Position numbers and translations under genes: made by a program. Under the pieces are notes generated by a model that worked only from the letters and a program-made list of their open reading frames with translations, was not told the origin of the DNA and did no database searches. 64,000 nucleotides of DNA from Candidatus Saccharimonadota bacterium (GTDB taxonomy: Bacteria; Patescibacteriota; Saccharimonadia; Saccharimonadales; Saccharimonadaceae). The DNA lies in the NCBI GenBank assembly GCA_028289065.1, contig JAQGHA010000016.1, forward strand, positions 77,460 through 141,459, written 5' to 3'. Within the stretch, counting starts at the first letter, position 1; every line of letters starts with the position of its first letter. Below, in pieces: positions 9,901 through 19,291 of this stretch.

Positions 9901-10497
9901 ATGCCTCATCAACCAAAAGCCCATGCCATGCGCACTCTTGAAGAAGAAATAATTGCGCATAACATTACTCCTGAACTTGCCCAACAGGCCACTCAGTTGG
10001 TAATAGGGGATGGTAACCTTGATGCTGACATTGTATTTATTGGCGAAGCACCTGGTAAAAAAGAGGACCTAGAAGGCTTACCCTTTATAGGCGCGGCTGG
10101 TAAATTCTTAAATGAAATGCTTGAAGCCGCCGGCATGACCCGTAGCGATGTATATATTACGAATATCGTGAAATATCGCCCACCGAATAACCGCGACCCT
10201 TCAAAAGAAGAAAAGGCGGCATTTTGGCCCTATCTTTTAAAACAGCTGCAAATTATCGACCCTAAAGTCGTAATTACACTTGGTCGCCATAGTATGGAAT
10301 ACTTTTTGCCTGATATGAAAATAGCTGAGGTGCATGGCCAGCCCAAGCGAATTGCCTTTGGTGATCACAAAATTGTCATTATGCCTTTATATCACCCGGC
10401 AGCGGCACTTTATAACGGTTCGATGCGGCAAACCCTTATTGATGATTTTCTTAAAGTGCCTATTGTCATCACCGAACTAGACGACGAAGAAGAATAG
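9901..10497 (+). CDS. Uracil-DNA glycosylase, family 4-like
   Basis: GEAPG, TNIVKYRPPNNRDP, YHPAA motifs. Confidence 0.92.
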   Translation: MPHQPKAHAMRTLEEEIIAHNITPELAQQATQLVIGDGNLDADIVFIGEAPGKKEDLEGLPFIGAAGKFLNEMLEAAGMTRSDVYITNIVKYRPPNNRDPSKEEKAAFWPYLLKQLQIIDPKVVITLGRHSMEYFLPDMKIAEVHGQPKRIAFGDHKIVIMPLYHPAAALYNGSMRQTLIDDFLKVPIVITELDDEEE

Positions 10498-10517
10498 CAT
10501 TCAACAGAGGTAGTACA

Positions 10518-10546
10518 TTGACTTTATTGCTATTATTTGCTATAAT
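10518..10546 (+). promoter_or_regulatory. Near-consensus sigma70 promoter of GC-rich unit U1
   Basis: TTGACT-17-TATAAT with TG extension. Confidence 0.8.
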
Positions 10547-10611
10547 ATAGTTTAACGACTTTATACAAGGAAATTCCTTGGATTGCTACACCCGAATAGA
10601 GAGGCAATGTC

Positions 10612-11250
10612 GTGGCACATACCGAAACACTATCCAACGAGGAGAAAATACTTCTCCGAGACGAAATGGGCGTTGTGGCAAACCTCGTCAGCAACGAGCT
10701 GGTCAGACGGATGCGAGCCGGGGATGATCCCAGCTTCAGCCCCAACCTCATCAACGAGGCGACCTCCTACGTCATGGGCTACGGAAGAATCTACGACGTG
10801 TCCAGTATCTTCGGACACGTGGAGAACAACCCGTACTTCTGGCCACAAGAGGTCCTCACGGTTAACATCATCTGTGATGTTGCTGAGATGGCTGACCGCG
10901 TTTCGGCCGAGCGCCTTCTAGCGCTTCGGTCCGTAGCGAACATCGCCGCGCGGTTTAACCAGTTCTTCCTCGATGAGGAAGGTTCTGGTTACGGCGGTAA
11001 TCCGTCCGATCGGCAAATGCTGATCGATACGGTGCTCTACCTCGTCGTTAAAGAGACCATCCCGACTCGTTTCATAATCGGGCTAGTACTCGATGTTGCA
11101 GGGAAGTTCTCCTTCTCCAGCGGGTACGAACGCACGAACGTCGCTGCAATCGTGCAGCGCATGGTGGACGAACACTCGGACATCATCATTCAGCGCCGGC
11201 TCGAGAGCATCAATGAGCTGCTCTCGTCGCTCGCTGAAGCGGCCAACTAA
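10612..11250 (+). CDS. GC-rich orphan protein U1 (212 aa)
   Basis: GTG start after GAGAGG; codons mostly C/G-ending; no family recognised. Confidence 0.75.
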   Translation: MAHTETLSNEEKILLRDEMGVVANLVSNELVRRMRAGDDPSFSPNLINEATSYVMGYGRIYDVSSIFGHVENNPYFWPQEVLTVNIICDVAEMADRVSAERLLALRSVANIAARFNQFFLDEEGSGYGGNPSDRQMLIDTVLYLVVKETIPTRFIIGLVLDVAGKFSFSSGYERTNVAAIVQRMVDEHSDIIIQRRLESINELLSSLAEAAN

Positions 11251-11311
11251 CCGCCCACTCTCGTGGGGCTCGCCAAGTTTCGACTTGGTTGAGCTCCACG
11301 GCAGGGGCGGT
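11250..11311 (+). terminator. Long imperfect GC-rich hairpin directly after U1 stop
   Basis: ACCGCCC/GGGCGGT, CGTGGGGCTC/GAGCTCCACG, CCAAG/CTTGG. Confidence 0.7.
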
Positions 11312-11487
11312 ACTTTAATTTCGGGGCATATTGTAATCTCACCCCCGATGTGCTATACTAGATTCACTGTTTCAGAGAGGGCAATCGATACTCAGACTAT
11401 AGTAGTCCATCCGTAAAGCCTCTCAACCTTGTTATCAATTTAGTAATGAATACATAAATTTCTTTAAGAAAAGGAGAAAAAATATAT

Positions 11488-13746
11488 ATGGGTCAACAAA
11501 GACTCTCAACCCCACAAGGCGATGACGCCTCGAAACAACCGCGTAACCAGCCGCGACCAAAATCAAATAATACTGTTCTTGCAAACACTCAAACCCGTAG
11601 GGGAGAAGTGTTCCGAGCTCAACGTCGTACCAGTGACGACGTAAACGCTCGTGCCTCACAACACGTTATTAATATTCCGGTTAACAAAAACGTCTTTAAC
11701 GGTTACGGTGGCCGCCAATTTAGCGTTGCTGACTTTAAAAAGCAACCTCGCACTTCTGGCCCTAAGCTTCGCGTTATCCCACTCGGTGGGCTAGGCGAAA
11801 TGGGTATTGGTAAAAACATGATGGCAATCGAATACGATAATGACATCATTGTTATCGACATGGGCTTCTTATTCCCAGGTGCTGATTACCCAGGTATTAA
11901 CTACATTGTGCCTGACGTGAGCTACCTCATCGAAAACAAGCATAAAATTCGGGCAATCGTATTTACCCACGGTCACCTGGACCACATTGGTGCCGTTCGC
12001 CACCTTATTCACCAAATTCCAGCCCCTGTCTACGGTTCAAAGTTTACTTTGGCTATGGTTCAAAAGAACATGGAAGAAGCGACCAGCGGATACGAGCCGG
12101 TTTATAACATCCTCGACCCTGAAGCCCACGAACGTGCTCAAATTGGCGACAGTTTTAGTATCGAACTTGTTCGAGTAAACCACTCAATCCCAGACGCTAC
12201 CGCGGTTGTTATCCGTACGCCACTTGGTGTATTAGTTGATACCGGTGACTGGCGTTTCGAAGATGCACCAGTAGACGGTAAAAAGTTCGACCTCGAACGT
12301 TTGACTGAAATCTCTGCTAAAGAAGGCATCCTGATGCTTATGAACGAATCAACCAACTGTGAATCTGAAGGTTCACATACCCACGGTGAGTTCGATATCA
12401 AAGAGAGCATGGGCCAGGTTATGGAAAAGCACTCAAGCAGCCGACTTATCATCAGTTGTTTCAGTAGCCAAATCCACCGTATGCAACTTATTCTTGATGA
12501 AGCCAAAAAGCACAATCGTAAGGTTGCCTTCGCTGGTTACAGCATGATCCAAAACGTTGAAGTAGCCCTTCGTACTGGTACGATTACCGTTCCTAAAGAC
12601 GTGATTGTGAAGATGGAAGACATTATTAAAATGCCTGACGAAAAAGTCACCATTGTTTGTACTGGTTCACAAGGTGAATTTAGCGCCGTCCTTAACCGTA
12701 TGGCTAGTGGTTCACACAAGTTCATCAAAATTAAAAACAGCGACATTATCGTCTTTAGCTCAAATGCTATTCCTGGTAATGAAAAGTACGTTACTCGTAC
12801 CGTTGATGGTTTGATGCGTGAAGGTAGTGAAGTTGTTCAAAACGGCAAAACCCACCTTACAGGCATTGGCCCGCTACACCTTTCAGGTCACGGGTACTAC
12901 GATGACCACGTAAAGCTTATTAATGCCTTGAACCCTAAATACTACCTGCCAATCCACGGTGAATTCCACATGTTGGCCCACAACGCCGTTCTTGCGGAAC
13001 GCGAATGTGGCATTAAACGCGACAACATCTTTGTTTGTGACAGTGGTGACGTAATTGAAATCACCTCTGACAAAGCTCGTAAAGCCGGCCGCGTACCAGT
13101 TGGTGGTGTTATGTACGATGACTCTGGAGCGATTGTTTCAGAAGTAGTCCTTAAAGACCGTATCCACATGGCCAGCGAAGGTATGTTTGTCGTGGTGCTG
13201 ACTGTCGCTAAGGGTAACGGCCGCTTACTTACCAGCCCTGACATCATTAGCCGTGGGTTCATTTACCTGCGCGATAGTGAAGAGCTCATGGGTATCATCC
13301 GCCAATACTTGAAGCAAAAAGTTGCTCGCACTTTCAGCGGCCGTCGGGTTGACCTGGACGTCGTGAAGAAGGAAATTAAAGACGAATTAACACACGTACT
13401 GTATGACCAAACTCGTCGCACTCCAATTGTGATTCCTGTGATTAACGAAATTGGTGGCGGTGGCAAGCCTCAACACGAAGGTGGTGGCCAAGGTGAAAAC
13501 CGTGATAACCGTGGCGACAACAATGGCCGTCCGAACAACAACCGTAACCAAGGTGGTCAAAACCGTGGTCCTCGGCCAAGCTTCGGTGGCCAAAGTGCTG
13601 CACCCGATAACGGTCCAATGCAACCTGACACTCGTCCGCCAGAACCTCGTTACGAGCGCCCAGCGCCACAAACGTTTCCTGCGCCCGTCGTTCCAGACAT
13701 TGAAACTGTCGAACCTAAAACACACGTCGACACTCGCGGTTACTAA
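11488..13746 (+). CDS. rnj: Ribonuclease J, paralog 2, with long low-complexity N- and C-terminal extensions
   Basis: PLGGLGEMGIGKNM, THGHLDH, TGDW, NESTN, TGSQGE, HLSGH, PIHGE. Confidence 0.95.
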   Translation: MGQQRLSTPQGDDASKQPRNQPRPKSNNTVLANTQTRRGEVFRAQRRTSDDVNARASQHVINIPVNKNVFNGYGGRQFSVADFKKQPRTSGPKLRVIPLGGLGEMGIGKNMMAIEYDNDIIVIDMGFLFPGADYPGINYIVPDVSYLIENKHKIRAIVFTHGHLDHIGAVRHLIHQIPAPVYGSKFTLAMVQKNMEEATSGYEPVYNILDPEAHERAQIGDSFSIELVRVNHSIPDATAVVIRTPLGVLVDTGDWRFEDAPVDGKKFDLERLTEISAKEGILMLMNESTNCESEGSHTHGEFDIKESMGQVMEKHSSSRLIISCFSSQIHRMQLILDEAKKHNRKVAFAGYSMIQNVEVALRTGTITVPKDVIVKMEDIIKMPDEKVTIVCTGSQGEFSAVLNRMASGSHKFIKIKNSDIIVFSSNAIPGNEKYVTRTVDGLMREGSEVVQNGKTHLTGIGPLHLSGHGYYDDHVKLINALNPKYYLPIHGEFHMLAHNAVLAERECGIKRDNIFVCDSGDVIEITSDKARKAGRVPVGGVMYDDSGAIVSEVVLKDRIHMASEGMFVVVLTVAKGNGRLLTSPDIISRGFIYLRDSEELMGIIRQYLKQKVARTFSGRRVDLDVVKKEIKDELTHVLYDQTRRTPIVIPVINEIGGGGKPQHEGGGQGENRDNRGDNNGRPNNNRNQGGQNRGPRPSFGGQSAAPDNGPMQPDTRPPEPRYERPAPQTFPAPVVPDIETVEPKTHVDTRGY

Positions 13747-13757
13747 TACTATCGCTT

Positions 13758-13830
13758 GAAATGAAAAGGGCTCCGCACTTGCGGAGTCCCATTTCATTTC
13801 TGAGAGGGGACTCGACGCCAAGCGCGGAGC
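13758..13830. terminator. Overlapping hairpins terminating rnj (+) and U2 (-)
   Basis: GAAATGAAA-AGGGCTCCGC/GCGGAGTCCC-ATTTCATTTC on +; alternative 61-nt hairpin starting right after the U2 stop on -. Confidence 0.75.
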
Positions 13831-14280
13831 TTAGTGGTTTGTAGGTATCTCGCCAGGAAACCTAGATTGAACCGAAGTGATTTCCTTCACGACACCATCG
13901 ATGAGAATGAAATCCTCCTCTGGGTCGAGGTGGTTACGAAGGCCGATTTGGATGTTTAGCTTCGGCTTTAGCGTCCTCCCGTGTAGCCACAAGAAGGCAT
14001 TCGTGTGGCAAAACTCCATTACGTGCTTGGACTTTTCGAGAGGAAGCGGATACATGTTGTCCGGTGGCGCATCGCGCCAATACTCCGCTTCGTCGGGGCT
14101 TAGGTAGCCAGCCTCGAGGGCAATACGCACTAGGTTGAACGTTCCTTCAACCGGGTGTAGTACTGTCAATCGAAACCGGTCGTTGACCTTTAGCCGGTAT
14201 AGCTGTTTACCTTCCGGAAATAATTTACTCGTGAATTCTGCCTCGAACTGGACTGTTGAGAGGGTCATCGCCCTCACCAC
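13831..14280 (-). CDS. Moderately GC-rich orphan protein U2 (~145-149 aa)
   Basis: ORF with TTGGCG-17-TATACT promoter and GAAAGGTG/GAGG SD candidates. Confidence 0.7.
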   Translation of the reverse strand: MVRAMTLSTVQFEAEFTSKLFPEGKQLYRLKVNDRFRLTVLHPVEGTFNLVRIALEAGYLSPDEAEYWRDAPPDNMYPLPLEKSKHVMEFCHTNAFLWLHGRTLKPKLNIQIGLRNHLDPEEDFILIDGVVKEITSVQSRFPGEIPTNH

Positions 14281-14410
14281 CTTTCGATTGGGTTAAACGA
14301 TTGCCCATAGTATACCGCCACCCCTTAAATTCGCCAAACATAAGCCTCTTGCAAAATGTGGTAAATTTTGCTATAATATACGCTATAAGATATAGGCATA
14401 ACCACCTATA

Positions 14411-16684
14411 ATGAATAAACAGATGGCAAAAAAGAAAAAACGCAGCTCAGCTAAAAAAAAGGTAGTTAACACCTCACCTCAACACTCATTACCAAGCGGT
14501 TTTTGGTCGCAGGTAGGGGCATTATTCTTGATTGCCTTTTCATTACTGTTAATTCTTGGTTGGTTTGGCCTCGGTGGCCCAGTATTAGACTGGTTATACA
14601 TGGCCACTATGGACACCATTGGCTATGCCGTGTTTGTGGTACCAATTCTATTTATTTACGTGGCAGTTGAAATTTTTAGGGCTGAAGATAACCGCCTGCC
14701 ATTTATTATGAAATTCGCCGTGGCGCTTTCATTGGTCTGGTTCGCCGGGTTATTTGGGCTTCTTAAAAACGCTGATGGAAAAACCACTGGTGGTTTCGTA
14801 GGGGAGCTAGCTAATAGTGGCATGATGCTACTAGTGAATGCAGGTGTTGCGGCGTTCGTATATATTCTGCTGATTATTATTACGACTTTATTTATTATTC
14901 GCGTTTCTCCAATCACTATTATTAAGAAGGTATGGGAACTGACTCGTCGCGATACCAAAGAGCAAGAAGACAACGTTAAAGTCATGCGTAACGCCGCCGC
15001 CATCGATACTCCTAAGGGTCCAATGGTCGACTTTAAGCTTAATGCTGGTGTACCAATGCTTGGTGCTGAAGAAACGATCGATCGAAAGAACCCGCACCTT
15101 AACACGCTTAAAAACAGCGTCGTAAAAGATAAAGCGGCTGAAGACCGTTCAGCTTTAGTGACCGTTAGCGACCCTAACTGGAAAGCTCCAAGTGTTGATT
15201 TACTTGAGAAGAAGCAATCGCCAGCCGACCCAGGTGACGTGCAGCAAAATGCTCAAACTATTAAAGATACCTTGGCTGAGTTTAATATCCACGTTGAAAT
15301 GGAAGGCGCTAACATTGGCCCTAAGGTCACACAATATACACTGCGTCCGCCAAGTGGTGTGAAGCTCACAAAAATTACTCAGCTCGAAACGAATATCGCT
15401 TTAAACCTAGCTGCTCAAAGTTTGCGTATGGAAGCGCCAATCCCTGGCCAAAAAGCGGTTGGTATTGAAGTGCCAAACCGTAAAGCTGCCGATGTGCGTT
15501 TGCACTCAATTATTACCAGTAAGGCCTGGACATCAACCACCGAACCATTGCCATTCGCAATTGGTAAAGATATTGCCGGCCAAGCCGTGATAGGTGAGTT
15601 GAATAAGATGCCCCACCTTCTTATTGCCGGTCAAACTGGTTCAGGTAAGTCCGTCATGATTAACACCTTGCTTTCCAGTTTGCTGTACCACAACAGCCCA
15701 AGTGAAATGAAGCTGATTTTGGTTGACCCTAAGCAAGTGGAAATGGCCCCTTACGAGGACATTCCACACCTTATTACCCCAGTTATTACCGAACCTGAAA
15801 AAACAATTAGCGCTTTGAAATGGGCTGTTAACGAGATGGAGCGCCGCTACAAGTTATTGGCTGAACACAAAGTACGTGACATTAAAACCTATAACGATAT
15901 GATTCGAAATAGCAAAAAAACTATTACGGTAACGGATGACGATGGCCATGACCAACAACACGAAAACGGCGCTATGCCATACATTGTAATTGTGATCGAC
16001 GAGTTAGCTGACTTGATGATGGTTGCCGCCCGCGACGTCGAAGCATTGATTGTCCGCTTGGCTCAAAAAGCCCGTGCCGTTGGTGTGCACCTAGTGCTAG
16101 CGACGCAGCGCCCATCGGTAGACGTTATTACCGGTCTTATTAAAGCCAACGTACCGGCCCGTATTGCCTTTACTGTTGCTTCGCAAATTGACTCTCGAAC
16201 CATTCTCGACCAAGTTGGTGCTGAGAAGCTGCTTGGCCAAGGTGACATGTTGCTGCTTACTCCATCTATGAGCAAGCCGAAGCGTATCCAGGGTGCTTGG
16301 GTGACCGATGAAGAAGTGATGAAAATTACCGACCACCTCCGCCAACAATCACCACCACAATACAACGATGAAGTTGTTAGCCAACCGGTTCAATTGAACG
16401 GCAAGGGTGGGGTAGTGATGGACTTTGATAACAACCACGACGGTAACGACGACCTTTATAAAGATGCCGTTCGCGTCGTGATTGATAGCGGTAAAGCCAG
16501 CGCCAGCTTATTACAGCGCCGCTTGCGTGTAGGCTATGCCCGTGCAGCCCGCCTGGTTGAAGAAATGGAAGAACAAGGCATCATTGGCCCTGCTGATGGC
16601 GCAAGGCCACGAGACGTGCTTGTATCAAGCTTGGATGAGGTATTTGGAAGCTCTACTGCTCCGGATGAAGAAGATCTTGGATAG
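14411..16684 (+). CDS. ftsK: DNA translocase FtsK/SpoIIIE
   Basis: N-terminal TM helices, AGQTGSGKS, IVIDELADLM, LATQRPS, gamma domain LLQRRLRVGYARAARL. Confidence 0.97.
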   Translation: MNKQMAKKKKRSSAKKKVVNTSPQHSLPSGFWSQVGALFLIAFSLLLILGWFGLGGPVLDWLYMATMDTIGYAVFVVPILFIYVAVEIFRAEDNRLPFIMKFAVALSLVWFAGLFGLLKNADGKTTGGFVGELANSGMMLLVNAGVAAFVYILLIIITTLFIIRVSPITIIKKVWELTRRDTKEQEDNVKVMRNAAAIDTPKGPMVDFKLNAGVPMLGAEETIDRKNPHLNTLKNSVVKDKAAEDRSALVTVSDPNWKAPSVDLLEKKQSPADPGDVQQNAQTIKDTLAEFNIHVEMEGANIGPKVTQYTLRPPSGVKLTKITQLETNIALNLAAQSLRMEAPIPGQKAVGIEVPNRKAADVRLHSIITSKAWTSTTEPLPFAIGKDIAGQAVIGELNKMPHLLIAGQTGSGKSVMINTLLSSLLYHNSPSEMKLILVDPKQVEMAPYEDIPHLITPVITEPEKTISALKWAVNEMERRYKLLAEHKVRDIKTYNDMIRNSKKTITVTDDDGHDQQHENGAMPYIVIVIDELADLMMVAARDVEALIVRLAQKARAVGVHLVLATQRPSVDVITGLIKANVPARIAFTVASQIDSRTILDQVGAEKLLGQGDMLLLTPSMSKPKRIQGAWVTDEEVMKITDHLRQQSPPQYNDEVVSQPVQLNGKGGVVMDFDNNHDGNDDLYKDAVRVVIDSGKASASLLQRRLRVGYARAARLVEEMEEQGIIGPADGARPRDVLVSSLDEVFGSSTAPDEEDLG

Positions 16685-16695
16685 AGAGTGAGATA

Positions 16696-16728
16696 AAAAT
16701 AACCCTAGGTATAAACTGGGGTTATTTT
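16696..16728. terminator. Bidirectional terminator
   Basis: AAAATAACCC...GGGTTATTTT, same arm sequence as 2579-2608. Confidence 0.8.
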
Positions 16729-16747
16729 AAATACGGCTAACTGATAA

Positions 16748-17407
16748 TTATATTGATTGTTTTGAAGCTACGATAGGCAGTTTTAATTTCTCTGCTTTAC
16801 GGGCGGTTCTTTCACGGTCTTGTCCGTAATAGAGTACTCCAGCCAACGCAGCAGACCCCAAGATAATAGGGAAAATAATAGTACGACCTACTTCTGATGT
16901 GTTACTAATAGCTTCGAGAGTCTCATGATTAGCCCAAATTGATTGCGGAAAAGAGTCGGCGGCAGATCCAATTAACGTTAATACACCTAATCCTGATGCG
17001 GCAAGACTTGCTTTGATAGAACTCTTACCAATATTATTGCGAAGTAGTTCATTCTGAGTGACGGGGTTTTGAGCCATATCGGCGTAATGCTTCAATTCGT
17101 GTTGAAGGCTTTTTTGCATCAGTCTCTCATTATTTCTGGATACTATTCTAGCGTGTTCGATGCCGGGGTTGTAGCCGCCTGAATCGCCAGCGCTCATTTT
17201 TGAGCCAAACTCGATAGAAAGTGAGCTGCTGTCTGCCGGTGCGCCTACTGCACTAAGGGTTTCTCTCAGTGCAGGGTAGTCAATATGAAATTTTTCTCCC
17301 TGCTTGAGAGTGTTTTTTACGGAAAGATTAACACTGATCGTAGGGTCTGTGTCGAGCGGAATTTCTTGGGATGAACTGGGGTTAATCATGTTTATTTTTT
17401 CGCTCAT
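16748..17407 (-). CDS. Putative membrane zinc metallopeptidase (HExxH)
   Basis: GGYNP...LQHELKH motif followed by two hydrophobic helices and ERTAR. Confidence 0.5.
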   Translation of the reverse strand: MSEKINMINPSSSQEIPLDTDPTISVNLSVKNTLKQGEKFHIDYPALRETLSAVGAPADSSSLSIEFGSKMSAGDSGGYNPGIEHARIVSRNNERLMQKSLQHELKHYADMAQNPVTQNELLRNNIGKSSIKASLAASGLGVLTLIGSAADSFPQSIWANHETLEAISNTSEVGRTIIFPIILGSAALAGVLYYGQDRERTARKAEKLKLPIVASKQSI

Positions 17408-17633
17408 TTGTTAATAATAACATTAGCATATTAAAGTGATTATGTCAATGTTAGTGAAAGCGATGTGTTAATTAATTACAATCTCATAATAGCTTGTCAT
17501 ACTAAGACATGCTCCATTTGCTCTAACAGGGGAGATAGTGTATAATTACCACTGTTAATAACTCAAGCTCATAAATTACATTCAGTAACGAATGAGTATC
17601 CGGTACACATCGGATTCCAAAAGGAGAAAAATA

Positions 17634-17996
17634 GTGAAAGAATACGAACTAACCGTTCTTATCCACCCTGATCTGGAAGCAGATTTGGAAACGCCACTTA
17701 CTAAAGTACGTGACATCATCAAGAACGCTGGCGGTACTATCGTCCGTGAAGACAACTGGGGCAAAAAGAAGTTAGCATACGCTATCGACCGCCAAGAATT
17801 CGCAGTCTACGTATACATGGATGTTGAACTTCCAGCTGACGCACCGCTCAAAATTAGCAATACATATAACATTACCGACGAAGTACTTCGCTACCTCTTG
17901 GTAAAAGTTGATGTAAAAGCTCGTGTAGCACTTGCCGAGCAAGCTAAACGTGCTGAAGCGCGTTCATCAGACGACGAAACTAACGAAGCAAATTAA
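17634..17996 (+). CDS. rpsF: 30S ribosomal protein S6
   Basis: KEYELTVL, WGKKKLAYAI; GTG start at 17634 after AAGGAG. Confidence 0.97.
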   Translation: MKEYELTVLIHPDLEADLETPLTKVRDIIKNAGGTIVREDNWGKKKLAYAIDRQEFAVYVYMDVELPADAPLKISNTYNITDEVLRYLLVKVDVKARVALAEQAKRAEARSSDDETNEAN

Positions 17997-18018
17997 GAAG
18001 AGGGAATAGGGAGTTTAT

Positions 18019-18477
18019 ATGGCCAAAAGTATCAACCAAGTTATCCTAATGGGGCGTTTAACACGTGACCCAGAGCAACGAACTACTACAACTGGTAAAA
18101 CAATCGCCAGCTTCGGCATCGCCGTCGACCGTGGTGGTCAAGAAGACGCAGCAGATTTCTTTAACGTAACTGCTTGGGAAAAACTTGGTGATTTGGTCAT
18201 CCAATACCTAGCCAAGGGTCGTCGCGTTTTGGTTCAAGGCCGTTTGCGCCAAGATACCTGGGACGACAAAGAAACCGGTAAAAAGCAATCACGCATCGAA
18301 GTGGTCGCTACCGACGTTACTTTCCTTGATGGACCTAACGGCGAATCTGGATCAGACAACGGCTCAAGCGCTCGTTCGTCTGGCTCTAACTCATCTAGTA
18401 ACAACAGCGCCCCTAAAGATGTCGTTATTCAAGACATCGATGACAAACCAATTGATTTAAGTGAAATTCCATTCTAG
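18019..18477 (+). CDS. ssb: Single-stranded DNA-binding protein
   Basis: NQVILMGRLTRDPE, acidic C-terminal tail ending EIPF. Confidence 0.97.
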   Translation: MAKSINQVILMGRLTRDPEQRTTTTGKTIASFGIAVDRGGQEDAADFFNVTAWEKLGDLVIQYLAKGRRVLVQGRLRQDTWDDKETGKKQSRIEVVATDVTFLDGPNGESGSDNGSSARSSGSNSSSNNSAPKDVVIQDIDDKPIDLSEIPF

Positions 18478-18512
18478 GCACTGCCTCAGAATAACTAATT
18501 AGGAGATAGATT

Positions 18513-18713
18513 ATGCAAAAACGACTTAAGAAAGATGCACCTGCCTTTTTTGACTACAAAGATGTCAAAACTCTGCAACGTTTCATCAACATGTACGGAC
18601 AAATTGAGCCAATCGGCAAAACTGGCCTTAGTGCTAAACAACAACGCCAACTAGCGACAGCTATCAAGCGTGCCCGTCACCTCGCGTTACTTCCATTCGT
18701 AGCCCAGGGATAA
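18513..18713 (+). CDS. rpsR: 30S ribosomal protein S18 (no Zn cysteines)
   Basis: [30 protein letters not shown]. Confidence 0.97.
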   Translation: MQKRLKKDAPAFFDYKDVKTLQRFINMYGQIEPIGKTGLSAKQQRQLATAIKRARHLALLPFVAQG

Positions 18714-18719
18714 TTGGCC

Positions 18720-19289
18720 ATGGCTTCCTACCAGCCAACCGAACTTAAAAAAGGTGTCGTCGTGCAAATCGACGGCAAACCTTTTCGCGTAACCGACTAT
18801 AACCAAAAGGTTATGGGTCGCGGCGGCAGTATTGTAAACGTGAAGTTGAAAAACTTAATCGACGGCAGTGTCATCCCGAAGACCTTTAAAGGCCAAGAAC
18901 GGGTTGATTCAGCTGAAGTGAGTAACCAAACGGTACAATACCTCTATAAGGACGCTGACAACTTTTACTTTATGGATCCAACCAGTTTCGAGCAATTCCA
19001 ACTGGCGACCGATATCGTTGAAGAAGCTTCTAAATTCCTTAAAGAAGGCGAATCGCTTACGCTGCAATCATTCGATGGTCGCATTATCAACGTCGAACTT
19101 CCTAAAAACGTCTACCTTGAGGTAACGTATTCTGAAGACGTTGTTAAAGGTGATACTACCAGTAGTGTTCTGAAAGATGCCACCCTTGAAACCGGTGCTG
19201 TCGTTAAAGTTCCAGCCTTCATTAAAGTAGGGGACGTCATTTCCGTTGATACCACTACTGGTGAATACCGCGAACGAAAGAAAGACTAA
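18720..19289 (+). CDS. efp: Elongation factor P
   Basis: LKNLIDGS, QYLYKD, GDT..K.ATLETG, VPAFI, GEYRER. Confidence 0.95.
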   Translation: MASYQPTELKKGVVVQIDGKPFRVTDYNQKVMGRGGSIVNVKLKNLIDGSVIPKTFKGQERVDSAEVSNQTVQYLYKDADNFYFMDPTSFEQFQLATDIVEEASKFLKEGESLTLQSFDGRIINVELPKNVYLEVTYSEDVVKGDTTSSVLKDATLETGAVVKVPAFIKVGDVISVDTTTGEYRERKKD

Positions 19290-19291
19290 TT

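Noticed and set aside
9901-10497. UdgX (covalent uracil-binding) assignment
   Set aside because: Has GEAPG not GEQPG and lacks the KRRIH loop
11244-11317. 3' hairpins of GC-rich units as integron attC sites
   Set aside because: No RYYYAAC/GTTRRRY boxes, units are dispersed with their own promoters, and the Xer protein shows no obvious IntI-specific insertion
13480-13580. Repetitive GGT/AAC-rich DNA
   Set aside because: Explained by the low-complexity RNase J tail; not an independent repeat element
17425-17452. TTATGTCAAT resembles XerD arm of dif
   Set aside because: No matching XerC arm at 6-bp spacing; it is the -35 box of the 17407 gene
17592-17633. Longer N-termini proposed by the ORF track (rpsF, pilin, sod, pilM, helicase, GT2)
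   Set aside because: Downstream starts fit SD or -10 spacing and family N-termini better
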